NCBI RefSeq assembly: GCF_006345805.1 | Contig: NW_021835230.1 | Coordinates: forward strand, 1 to 41,583 | Direction: 5' to 3' | Origin: Octopus sinensis | Lineage: Eukaryota | Length of the DNA stretch: 41,583 nt | Shown here: positions 21,290 through 32,540 of the stretch, in pieces | Numbering within the stretch: position 1 is the stretch's first letter | How the letters are laid out: the number at the start of each line of letters is the position of its first letter | The notes under the pieces: generated by a model | The model's input: only the letters and a program-made list of their open reading frames with translations | Database searches by the model: none | Told to the model about the DNA's origin: nothing | Position numbers and translations under genes: made by a program

Positions 21290-22260
21290 GCCTGGTATCA
21301 AGCAACCACTTGACTTTTATCTCATAACATGTCCTGAGACCAATCTAATTACCCAACAATACCGACATCATGCAGTTTCAGTGCCGTAGTTATTCCAATG
21401 CTCTCAGTTCCATAGGATCCACCTATCTCGCATCAGTCTTGTCAGCAACGTCCGCTCCAAGGAGTAACAATGTACTGGAGGCGGAGGAGGATAAATGTAT
21501 TGGATTGATGCTGTCATCACCTTTGATGGGCTGTCATGAACAAGTAAGCATTCCGTAGTTTGCTTTATCAAAGGCCTTCACAAGATCATCATCATCATCA
21601 TTGTTCGACCGTGGTCGAGACAATGGAATTTACCATGCTACGCCAGACTTCACTGTCCATCATGGCATTACGGAGGTCCTGTTGCTGGATGCCTGTATCC
21701 CTGGAGATTACATCAGGGTAGGAGAGTGTGCGCCCTCTGGTATTGCGAGTAGATGGCTTCCAGATGAGAAGAGTAGAAATTACCTCTTTATCAGCTCTAC
21801 AACAATGTCCAGCAAACTGGACTCTCCTACCTTTCACAAGAGATGACACAGGTGGTAGTTTCCTATATATTTGCATTTTGGTTGGATGGCGCTTCCACGA
21901 GAGATTTTGAGCTCTCATAAGGAGGCGAGCGTAGGTTCCATCCAACCGTCTCTCAATCTTCTTTGATAACGTCCAGGTTTCTGAGCCATATAGTAGGATT
22001 GGTTCGACTGTGGCTTTGAATATTTCAAGTTTGAAGTCTCTACTTAGATTTGATGACCAGATCTTATGCATGTCATTACAGGCTGACCAGGCCATACCCA
22101 TTCTAATTAGAAAATCTTTTCCAGATGATGATATGAAAGATTTTCACAAGATCAAGATTACCTTCGTTGGCGTTGGAACGAGTGAGTAACAGTTGCAGGA
22201 GTTAGTCGTGATACAGAAGAAAGGATAGATTAAGGCAGCCCTTCTTCCTGGGTAAGAAAA
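21290..22260 (-). mobile_element. Old CR1-like RT fragment interrupted by an RTE element and a 161-bp insert
   Basis: With the inserts removed it reads KGCLNLSF..YHD...LDLVKAFDKANYG...LKLHDVGIVG*...DKSQVV, consistent with decayed GRSCL, LDF.KAFDK and KL...GI.G RT motifs. Confidence 0.6.
21589..22142 (-). mobile_element. 5'-truncated RTE-clade LINE with (TGA)n tail and 12-bp TSD
   Basis: ORF 21598-22101: KATVEPILLYGSETWTL, RRVQFAGHCCR, RGRTLSYPDVISRD. TTCACAAGATCA at 21577-21588 and 22143-22154. Confidence 0.92.
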
Positions 22261-22282
22261 GAAAAGAAACAGAAAAAATATA

Positions 22283-22746
22283 GGCGCAGGAATGGCTGTG
22301 TGGTAAGTAGCTTGCTAACCAACCACATGGTTCCGGGTTCAGTCCCACTGTGTGGCATCTTGGGCAAGTGTCTTCTGCTATAGCCCCGGGCCGACCAATG
22401 CTTTGTGGGTGGATTTGGTAGACGAAAACTGAAAGAAGCCTGTCGTATATATGTATATATATATGCCCCAGCATGGCCACAGCCCATGAGCTGAAACTGG
22501 AAAAATCAAAATCATATATATGTGTGTGTGTGTTTGTGTGTTTGTGTGTCTGTGTTTATCCCCCTAGAATTGCTTGACAACCGATGCTGGTGTGTTTACG
22601 TCCCCGTCACTTAGCGGTTCGGCAAAAGAGACCGATAGAATAAGTACTTGGCTTACAAAATAATAAGTCCCGGGGTCGATTTGCTCGACTAAAGGCGGTG
22701 CTCCAGCATGGCCGCAGTCAAATGACTGAAACAAGTAAAAGAGAGT
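22283..22746 (+). mobile_element. Full-length SINE family A with a ~50-bp retroposed tail inserted in its (TA)n (22464-22514)
   Basis: Family A end to end. The insert is TGCCCCAGCATGGCCACAGCCCATGAGCTGAAACTGG(AAAATC)2. Confidence 0.92.
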
Positions 22747-22809
22747 ATGCGAAGTGTTAGCAAATCATTTCTAAGAATTAGATTAGTCTCTTCTGATACA
22801 TGGGCGTAC

Positions 22810-23035
22810 GACATTATCGTCGTCCTCCTCATCAACCTCATCATCATTATCATCGTAATCGTCATTGTCGTCGTCATCGTCGTCGTCGTCATCCTCATCA
22901 GCCACACCACCACCACCAGTTTACTCCTCCTCATTTTCTTTTCCTCCCCTTCTCCTTCTCCTTCTCCTCCTCCCTGTCATCATCATCATCCACACCATCA
23001 TTTTCATCACCACTACGATTCTACTCCTCCTCCTT

Positions 23036-23066
<31 letters not shown>

Positions 23067-23310
23067 CCCCCTTCTCCTTCTCTTCCTCATCATTATCATC
23101 CACACCACCGCCACCACCACCAACATCATCATCGTCGTCACAACCACCACCGTCTCTATGACCACTACCATCATCATCATCATTATCCATATCTTCATTG
23201 TCACCGCCATCATCGCAACCATCATCATCATCGTCGTCGTCGTCGTCGTCGTCATCGTTATAATCACCACCACCACCACCACCACCACCACCACCACCAT
23301 CGTTGACATT
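22810..23310. repeat. Mixed trinucleotide array (CAT/CAC/CGT/CCT)n
   Basis: Direct inspection; source of the poly-H/S/I/V ORFs. Confidence 0.95.
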
Positions 23311-23403
23311 CTCATTAGTAGTGACGAGAAATACAATCGATATTCAGAGTTACTTCATATGCAGACGTAATTATTTATACGCGTGCCGATATGTGAATAT
23401 GAA

Positions 23404-23441
<38 letters not shown>

Positions 23442-24284
23442 TGTGTATCTGTATGTGTATGTCTATGTGTCTATAAATGTATATTTATGTATGTACTAAC
23501 ATGTGCGTGCGTATACATGCAGTTGTCAAGTATGTGTGTGTCTATGAATGTTTACATTTATGTGCATACCTGTGGTGTGTATGTGTATATATGCATGTGC
23601 GTGTGTGCATATGTGTGTGTGCATGTGTGTGTGTGCATGTGTGTGTATGTATTTGCGTATCCTTTCTCCGACACACATAAAACCTATACAAAACATCCGC
23701 ACAGACACACTCACGATTCTCAGATGCACACAGCTGTATGTATATATATAAAGATATATATATATATATATATCAGAAGAGAAAAGGATTAATGGAATAA
23801 AGGGCTAGTGGAATAAAGAAATCGGTGAGGACATGGAAGAGGTAGATATAAAACGAAAGGGTGGACCGTTATCACAAGGACAAAATGGCGATCAGACGGT
23901 GTAGTAATATATATATTGAATGAATGAAGCAGACGACATGATGAACGAATCAGAAGGAAGGTACTTCTAAGTGAAATTTTCTAACATGTATTATTAGCTA
24001 TTAAATTGTTGTCCAAAGGGAAGTTTCTAGAGAATTTCGAAGGAAATAAAAAGAATTGGAAGGAAAGTAATGAATGCATGCATAACTAAACACCCTTGGA
24101 TCATGTTAAGATTAATTTCCCATTGGGTGTTTTGTTTTGCTGGCATCTGTAATCGATTTTTGAGTGGGCAGAGCTATATTTGACTTTAATGGGTCGAGGA
24201 TAAAGTTAAAAATGGAAGCTGCAAAGTCATAATGAAACATCTGGCAGAATCGTTGAGCGCCGAACAAAAAATCTTTATGTATTT

Positions 24285-24710
24285 GTTCCAAAGTGAAGGC
24301 GCGTTGCCTAATGTTTAGTGTCTTGCTCTCATGATCGTAAGATCGCTGTTTCGATTTTCGGACCGGTCGATGCGTTGAGTCCTTGAGCAGAATACTTAAT
24401 TTCACGTTGCTCCAGGTTACTCAGCTGTAAATGAATGAATAACCCTACGACGGACTGGTGACCCGTTCGGGGAGATAGTTGTGCTCTAGGTCACTTATAC
24501 GCCAAACCGGATGCGGAGGCGCGTGACTCAGTAGTTAGGGTTTTGAACTCATGATCGTTAGATTGTGGTCTCGGACCGGGTGGTGCAATGTGTTCTTGAG
24601 TGAAAAATCTCATTTTGCGTTGCTCCAGTACACTCAGTAGCAAAAATGAGTAATTCTGCGGTGGGTTGGTGTCTCGTCCAAGGGGGAAGTATATGTCCCA
24701 CAGAAATTGA
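24285..24710 (+). mobile_element. Tandem decayed SINE family C-like copies
   Basis: Repeated CTCATGATCGT.AGAT.G.GT.TC...GACCGG...GCGTTG.GT.CTTGAG heads. Confidence 0.6.
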
Positions 24711-24829
24711 CCCATGATTTAATTTAACTCGGGAAGGGGTTTTATCCTTATCATCTATAGAAACTGGTTAACCCGCTCTATAAGTCTCAGGTTTAAAACA
24801 TTAAAGTCTGGGGGTTGATAATGATGATT

Positions 24830-25381
24830 TGATGAGAGCAGTGCATGCCATCAAAGTGACACTGGGGTAAAATATACGAAGCCCAGTATACCCATCATAA
24901 CTATCCGTCTGATAAGGATACACCAGGCACATGCATCACAACCATATGTGCACGTCATGGTGATCTCATATCAAGATAAACAGCGCATGACCTTGCAGGT
25001 GGGGCCCAGTTAGAATTTTCTTCAGGCCAAGTAACCCATCCCGCTCAAAAGGTCCCTGAATAGGGGTTGTTTAAGGATGTTGAACAAAACACCCATGTTT
25101 CCAAAGGTGAATTATCCAAACCCCAAAGAATTCCTCTCAACACATGGCGATGATGCTCTCCTAATACTTATGTTTGTGATCAGAGATGCACATATCGTCA
25201 GCCACTAAGGGACATGGTCAACTGGTTAAGGTCAAACAAATGACAAGCAAATCTGTGGTATTGAGCAGAACATTTGCTGTAGCTCATCTGTTAAACAAAG
25301 ACAAAACAATGTACATGATAACACTTCCAGTTAGTTAAGATCAAAAGCCATGAGAGCCACTGCTTTGTACTGCATCAGGGC
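24830..25381. repeat. Unclassified interspersed repeat X (partial copies at 26095-26250 and, inverted, 31775-31925)
   Basis: AGTGCATGCCA.CAAAGTGA...CATGCATCACAACCATATGTGC recurs at 26095-26250. GTCAGCCACTAAGGGACATG...AAATCTGTGGTATTGAGCAGAA recurs reverse-complemented near 31780-31870. Confidence 0.75.
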
Positions 25382-25404
25382 ATCACATTATTATCATAAA
25401 GACA

Positions 25405-26000
25405 TCGAGCTGGTAGAATCGTTAGCACCCCGGGTAAAATCCTGGATGACATTTCGTCTGTCCTTACGCTCTGAGCTCCAATTCTGCCGAGGTTGACTTT
25501 GCCTTTCATCCTTTCGGGGTAGATAAAATAAGTACCAGTTGATCACTGGGATCGATGTGATCAACATGCCGACCCCTCAAAATTGCTGGCCTTGTGCCAA
25601 AAGAAGAAAAGATTATTTAACAGAACATAACAATGCCATAGCGGAATATAATTTTGCAACACCTCACAGATTGTTTCCGGCTCATGAGTAGGAAAAGGCT
25701 ACTGCCGACCCCTGAGGTCCGGTCTCTTTCGTTTGTGGTTGACAGCATCGATAGAGTGACGGACAACACCATGCAGTCTTTAATTAACGACTCTTAATTC
25801 AAATCCTGCCAAGGGTTCAGTTTGTCTTTTATCACTAAAATAAATACATTTTAAATTCTGAGTTCATATTCTGTTCAGATCATCTTTGCCTTTCATCATT
25901 CCGTGATCAATAAAATAAAGTAATGGTCAAGTACTCGATCAATCAATTTGGCTAGCATTCGCCATAATTTCTGGACTTGCGCCTATAGTAGAAATTATTA
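25405..26000 (+). mobile_element. Old SINE family B copies (25405-25615; ~25790-26000)
   Basis: GACTTTGCCTTTCATCCTTTCGGGGT...AAGTACCAG body with the older AAATTGCTGGCCTTGTGCC tail. Confidence 0.7.
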
Positions 26001-26259
26001 TGATTAAGTTTAATAATTCAATTATCACCCACCTCCTCCTCCTCCTCCTCCTCCTCATCCTCATCATCATCATCATCATCATCATTATTTATTATTGAGT
26101 GAGAGAACAGTGCATGCCAACAAAGTGATAGTGGGATACAAATATACGAAGCCCAATATAGCCATCATGACTACCCGTCTGATAAGGGCACACTAGGCAC
26201 ATGCATCACAACCATATGTGCGCGACATGGTGATCTCATATCAAGGTAACAGCAACGAA

Positions 26260-27118
26260 AACGAACTTGTTAAGTCTGTTCAGGATGGCTTTTCAGTCGG
26301 GAAGTATCACGGATAATTTCCAGATGTCCTTGGCCTACCAGGGAGCGCTACTGGCTCGAGATAAACTCTACAGGCACGGATGTACTGCCAGACGAGCTTG
26401 CCCTAAGTGCGCGCATGCAGACGAAACCGTTCTGCACGCATTCGTACAGTGTCCGGACATTGCTGACTTGTGGGATTATGCCGAACAGCAACTGTCGTGT
26501 GGAACGGATCTGTCTGTCGGCCAAATCTGTAGTGATGATCACACCACTGCCCTCCTTCAGTCGGGCAGGTAAGGCAGTTTTCTTTTGCCTGGTGGCTGTG
26601 GTGAAAAAGGTTGTCTGGTGGACAAGACTGAAAGACATGAGGACTGACACATTCCTCTTTGGTAGAGCTTTCATTGACTTCTTCAAGTTTCAATCGAAAG
26701 GGAAATTGAAAGTGGAGGGCGAAATGCTGTCCTCGAGTGAGTTTATTGAAACGTGGGTGAAAGTTGCGAAAATAGCAACTCTAAGTGTAGACCTGTGAGT
26801 CGAAGAGAAGGAATTGGAGAGGACACAAGTTCTTGATGTTCAGGAAAATCTTGGATGTAGCCCTCCTGTAAAGGTGGGAGAATGATAGAGATGTGGCCCT
26901 CCTCTACCAGGAGGGCCACATCTCTATCATCCTCCCACCTTTTTTTCTCTAAACCTTTGTATATTATGTATGTTTCCCTTCCTTTTCATAATATACTTAC
27001 TTTTTGTTGTTCCTTATTCAATTATTTTATCATTCCGTTATACGTAACCTCCCACACTTTATGTCTGTCATTGTATTGTCCTCCACATCCTTCGCCCTAG
27101 TGGCAAATAAATGAAATC
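26260..27118 (+). mobile_element. 5'-truncated Tx1/L1-clade LINE 3' end
   Basis: CPKCAHADETVLHAFVQC is a CCHC zinc knuckle (Cx2C..ET..H.F..C), followed after a frameshift by KKVVWWTR. The 3'UTR contains a hairpin and AATAAA (27106-27111), then (ATC)n. Confidence 0.85.
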
Positions 27119-27141
27119 ATCATCATCATAATCATCATCAC

Positions 27142-27196
<55 letters not shown>

Positions 27197-27687
27197 TATG
27201 GGTTTTTCTTCTTCTTTCAAATTTGCTTCCATTTCTTGCCGAGTGTCTTCCCGACTCCTAGGGCAAAGAAACTCATAGTATACATTGGTAGGCCATTAAA
27301 CTAAACTCACTAGTTCGTTCATTTTTTTTTTATAGAAATAAAGTTAAATTAAAATACATGGGTAGTAATAGTTCTCACATCGACAATGCTCTTCTCAATA
27401 CGTGTGATGTACCAGTTAAGACAATCTTTTGCACTTCTTGCAGGGATGGTAAGCCAGGGATCATTCTCATATAATTTTTGGTTCCCTTCTTGATCATTCG
27501 TAGTGCTCCTACGATCACTGGTATTGTAACCGCCTTGAGATGCCACATTTTCTCAATTTCAATGAGCAGGTCTTTATATTTTCTGAGCTTGTCAAATTCT
27601 TTCGCCGAGATATTATGATCACAGGGGATGCTCATGTCGATCGATAAGCAAACTTCATTGTTTTGGTCTTTCACAACAAAATCCGGT
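27197..27687 (-). mobile_element. 5'-truncated R4/Dong-clade LINE (restriction-like endonuclease C-terminus) inside a (TAA)n array
   Basis: PDFVVKDQNNEVCLSIDMSIP...KLRKYKDL...IPVIVGAL shows the RLE PD..D and KxxKY motifs. (TAA)n lies on both flanks (27142-27195, 27688-27748). Confidence 0.9.
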
Positions 27688-27713
27688 TATTATTATTATT
27701 ATTATTATTATTA

Positions 27714-27748
<35 letters not shown>

Positions 27749-27903
27749 GCTTTATTTCCAGACCTTTTAAGAAACAACAAACGGTAGGAAACCAAATAAC
27801 ACAAGTTGACTATAGTAAAAATCCCCCTTTTAAAGGAAGAATTTACTTCCCCCATTTATGCCATTGCGAAACTTATTTGATATTTCTTGGAATGGTTTCT
27901 TAC

Positions 27904-27978
27904 TTTAATGGAATGGCAAACCGCATTTCCCTTTGAATAAACACAGTTTATCCTCTTAATACAGTTTACTATCTGCTG
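27904..27978 (-). other. Candidate 75-nt upstream exon (probably 5'UTR)
   Basis: Very strong acceptor ggtttttcttttctgtttttgtag| (with a NAGNAG option) and donor AAA|gtaaga, in unique sequence. Confidence 0.35.
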
Positions 27979-28284
27979 CTACAAAAACAGAAAAGAAAAA
28001 CCAACGCTTTCTCTTCCTAACTTGAAGCTACTAACGACGTTAAGACGATTCTTTAAATATATAATCTTAACTATAGAATCAAAATGGAGGTCACGTAATG
28101 ACGTAGAAATGATGTCCTGCTTTAATGGCAGTCTTCTCAATAGAGACCAACACCAACCTTCACCGCCAACATTACCACCACCATGACGACAACGACGACA
28201 ACGACGAAGACCCACCACCACCACTACCACCGCTATCGGTTTAACTACACCTGTCTACGCATGCTATTTCCGTTGATTTAAGCA

Positions 28285-28469
28285 TGTGTGTGTGTGTGTG
28301 TGTGTTGTGTGTGTGTGTGTATCTGGTATGCGCGAGTATCTGTATGTGCATGTGTGCGTATCTGTGTTATGTATGTGCGTGTGAATGTGTGCGCGCAGGT
28401 GTGTTACGCAATTTAAAGCGTGAGAAACATTAAAGTAACAGAAAATGCATTAAAATATGTGTATGCGTT

Positions 28470-28507
<38 letters not shown>

Positions 28508-28701
28508 CATACATACATATATATGCATGCATATATATGCATATATATATGCATGCATATATATATATATATGCATATATATATATGTATATATGCATAT
28601 ATAATATATATATATATATATGCATATATAATATATATGCATATATATATATATGCACATATATATATGCACATATATATGCACATATATATATGCATAT
28701 A

Positions 28702-28748
<47 letters not shown>

Positions 28749-28882
28749 TATATATATATATGCATATATATATATATATATATATCAAAAGGATGTGTTA
28801 TATTATTCCACAGCCATACCAACAATATATATGTATGTGTGTATATGCATATACTTGCATATACATATATATATGCATGTGT

Positions 28883-28928
<46 letters not shown>

Positions 28929-28950
28929 ACGAATGTAAATACATAGACAT
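28285..28950. repeat. (GT)n/(TA)n/(GCATATATA)n compound array
   Basis: Direct inspection. Confidence 0.95.
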
Positions 28951-29279
28951 ATACACACTCGCCTATATGTTTGTGCGTACCGATGTGACAGGATAAGCTT
29001 ATTAGTGACTTCAAACTTCCGCTGTCGTTGGCTTCGTTAAACTATAGGTTTATGTTTTCACACTATTCATATATATTTTTTGATTCATCATGTGGGTGGA
29101 AACTGGTGGTTACCGAAGTGTTTCGATGATTTTTTAAGTTTTATTTTATCGGAATGTAAATTACTCTCATTGAATGAACCTTTTACATTATTTGGTGAAT
29201 CACCATTTAACCGAAAACATATTTGAAAATAAGAAAACAAAAACAAACAAACAAAATAGCAAGACAGAATTCCTAACAA

Positions 29280-29280
<1 letters not shown>

Positions 29281-29331
<51 letters not shown>

Positions 29332-29428
29332 CATCATCATCATCATCATTATTATTGTTGTTGTTGTTACTGTTGTTATTATTATTATTGTTGTTGTTAT
29401 TGTTTTTATTGTTATTATTATTGTTATC

Positions 29429-29485
<57 letters not shown>
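29281..29485. repeat. (ATT)n/(CAT)n/(GTT)n array
   Basis: Direct inspection. Confidence 0.97.
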
Positions 29486-29887
29486 TTCACACCGTTTTAC
29501 TTCTCAGAGCTCTCGATTTTACTTGCTCCGGTTAATTATGTGAGAGCAGACAGTAGGATGTCGTCAAAGGTCACACATGTCTCTTTCTACGATACTTAAT
29601 GCCCAAGTAACAATCATAAAATCTTTACTGTCCCCAATAGAGCTGTTTTGGGGGCATGATCTACTCCAGTACTCCGCTTGCAGTGTGCTTATATTCTTTT
29701 CAAACTTTTGCGGTACACCTGAACTAAAAATATAACTAAAAGTATAGGGGGAAAAAAATTATATTCAGGTTACACTGCGGCACAATTAGCATCGTCTCGT
29801 GGAACACCAGTGTGCCGCGACATACCGGTTGTGGAGCACTGATCACCCCCCCCCCCAATTCTTCTTCTTCTTCTCTTCTTCTTCTTC

Positions 29888-29950
<63 letters not shown>

Positions 29951-30008
29951 CCCCAAAATTTCGGGCTTTGTGCCTGGAATAGAAAAGATTATATATATCC
30001 GTAAGGGT

Positions 30009-30275
30009 GCGTGGCGTAGCCTCGTGGTTCAGAGATTCGTCCACGATCGCGAGATCGTGGTTTCAATTTCCAGACCGGGCAATGCGTTGTGTTCCTGAGC
30101 GAAAGCATTTCATTCCACGTTGTTCTGGGATCACTTCGACTTCAGGTGTGTGACACACCACGCCCCTGTACAACGTGGATTTGATGGGCGGAGTGAGATT
30201 ATGTGAGATTATGTGCAGCACAGACCTTTGATCAGTATAGACAAAATCCTGTGTAGATTGTTCGGCAAGTAATTT
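30009..30275 (+). mobile_element. SINE family C-related copy
   Basis: tRNA-like head GCGTGGCGTAGCCTCGTGGTT...GGTTTCAATTTCCAGACCGGGC...GCGTTGTGTTCCTGAGC. Confidence 0.65.
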
Positions 30276-31164
30276 CATAACCGTTTTTCTCGGATCGAGA
30301 GACTTTTTTCAATGAAATACGTAGAGTAATTCCGTGATATACGGGTTAATTTGTTCCCGGAGACCTCTTGTAAAGCGAAAACTCGTAAAGCAGAGCAATA
30401 ATTTCCCATAGTAGCAATATTATAAATCGAATTCGTTCCCCAGAAAAATATTTTACCGATAAAATTTATAATACTCGTAAATAAATGGCAATAAGATAAT
30501 AGTAGAAAGTAAGGAATATTTTATGTAAAGTAAAAAGAATGTCAGGATCCTTTATAATAAAAATATCATTATAATCTTGTTGTTGTATTTAGGAATGGTC
30601 ATTTTGCCAGTTTAGCCAATAAACCATTCCTAAATACAACAACATCTGTTTCAACACACGATTTCACATCATGAATCTTGCAAAACAAATATATAAACGT
30701 AATTATTATTATCGTTTTCTGAATCACTTTCACTCACACTAGACTCACGCACACTATCACTAGTAAACACGTTCGCCGATTCGCAAGCACTCGTAGACGG
30801 ACATATAGGTTTCTTTTTATAAAACAAGTCTAGATTTGTCTGCTTAGAAGAAACTTCTTTCGCTCACTATAAATTTCTCAATAACACACAGAAGCATGGT
30901 AACATGGTAACAGAAACTTTTGCACTTCGTTGAAAATTTGGATCTTGTGCTTGAAAAATAAAACTTGTAAACACGGAGTCTCGTAAATCGGGTCCTTGTA
31001 GTAAAGTGAGGTATTACTGTATATCCATTGGGTAAATCAAGTTTTACATGTTATAATTGCCGTGTAACTCAATAGAAAATGTCTCATTAGATGGTTAGAA
31101 ACTAAAGGGGCCAGGTCTCATCTTATTTACTGTATGATGGAGTGTGAGTCCAGCAGGATCAACA

Positions 31165-31495
31165 TCCCAGACCGGGCGTTGTGTGTGTTTATTGAGTGAA
31201 AACACCTTAAAGCTCCGCGGCAGGGTGGGGGTGGCGAACCCTGTTGTACTCTTTCGCCCCAACTTTCTCTCACTCTTTCTTCCTGTTTCTTGTCCCCGGC
31301 TTCCTACGCAAGCGCTGAACCTGGATGCACATTTCATCCATCCGTCGATGCTCTCGGTGTCGGCGGTTGACCTGCTTTCTCTTCTGCGGGTCTTACGAAT
31401 AGCAAAGGACCACGATTCGGACTTCTCCCACTGCGAGCTCTGGGACGAAGACCGCTTCGCTCAACAGCAACATCAACAGCAGGATCAACAATAAT
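31165..31495 (+). mobile_element. 5'-truncated SINE family C with alternative tail
   Basis: The body matches 19270-19395; the 3' part differs and ends in (CAA/CAG)n. Confidence 0.8.
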
Positions 31496-32505
31496 CAAAT
31501 TCCATGAAAGGAGGAAAAGGGTCTTGCAATGAAGTGGACAACAAACGAAAGCCCTGTGTAACAAGATTTTTGTCCACGGGTAACAACTGTTATTTTCTAT
31601 TTGTTTACCCAAGAAAGTACGAAAGATGGTTAATATTTCCTTCAAATTTTGCTTTGTGTTATTCCCTTCAAACTTTGCTTCTGTGACCTGGACGTCAATG
31701 TTTTCAAACTGACCTATTTTTCACTACGTTTCAGACAGATTCAGGTCTGAGTTGCTGAAACAGAAATATCTTTATCACAAATATTCTGCTCAATACCACA
31801 GATTTGCTTATCAGTTACTTGACCTTAACCACTTCAGCATGTCCCTTAGTGGCTGACAATATGTGCATCTCTATTCATAAGCAGTGGAGGAGCATTTATA
31901 GTCATGTGTCGAAAGGGATTTGAATAAATGTAACAAAAGCAAAATCAGAAATACGAAATCGTACCAAGTTATATGCCCATGGTGATGGGGGTACGTCGAT
32001 GGTGATGGGGGTACAACGGAGGACAGAAAGGAGAAATGGCATCACTGTTTATGGAAATGCGCATTTAGGTTTAATTATGGTTGACTCTGTAGAGTGCTGA
32101 TCTGTTTTATTACCGATCATATATTACTGGGTGGGGGTACACGTGGATATGAACATGGAAGTGTATGTGGGTTAATATATAAATGCATATATAATCAAAT
32201 AGGGTAATAAAATAAATTATTATTACCAGTGGCCTAGCACAAAAGACGAATTAGTCATTAGACTATATATTTTTCGTATAGAAATATAATAAAAGGCTTC
32301 CAAATAAGGAAGCGTAGTGCTAGAAACACTAAAAAGGGATAAATTCATGAAAGGAATGAAAATTAAAAACATTTACCATCTCAGCTATATCCCAGACCGA
32401 ACGGTTTCTACCTATTTTTAGCAAACACACAGAATATATTTGCCATGCCAGGTTCCATAAATGCATATATAGATACGAGATATGTAAGGTATACAGACAG
32501 GCAGA

Positions 32506-32540
<35 letters not shown>

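Noticed and set aside
21382-21543. Plus-strand 162-nt open 'exon' ending at gtaagc
   Set aside because: The acceptor tract is weak and the segment coincides with the insert inside a LINE remnant.
29628-29717. Minus-strand phase 1-1 candidate exon (VPQKFEKNISTLQAEYWSRSCPQ...)
   Set aside because: The donor (gtaaag) is weak and there is no corroborating homology.
32275-32340. Hammerhead-like string GGAAGCGTAGTGCTAGAAACACT
   Set aside because: There is no recognisable CUGANGA-type core or stem I.
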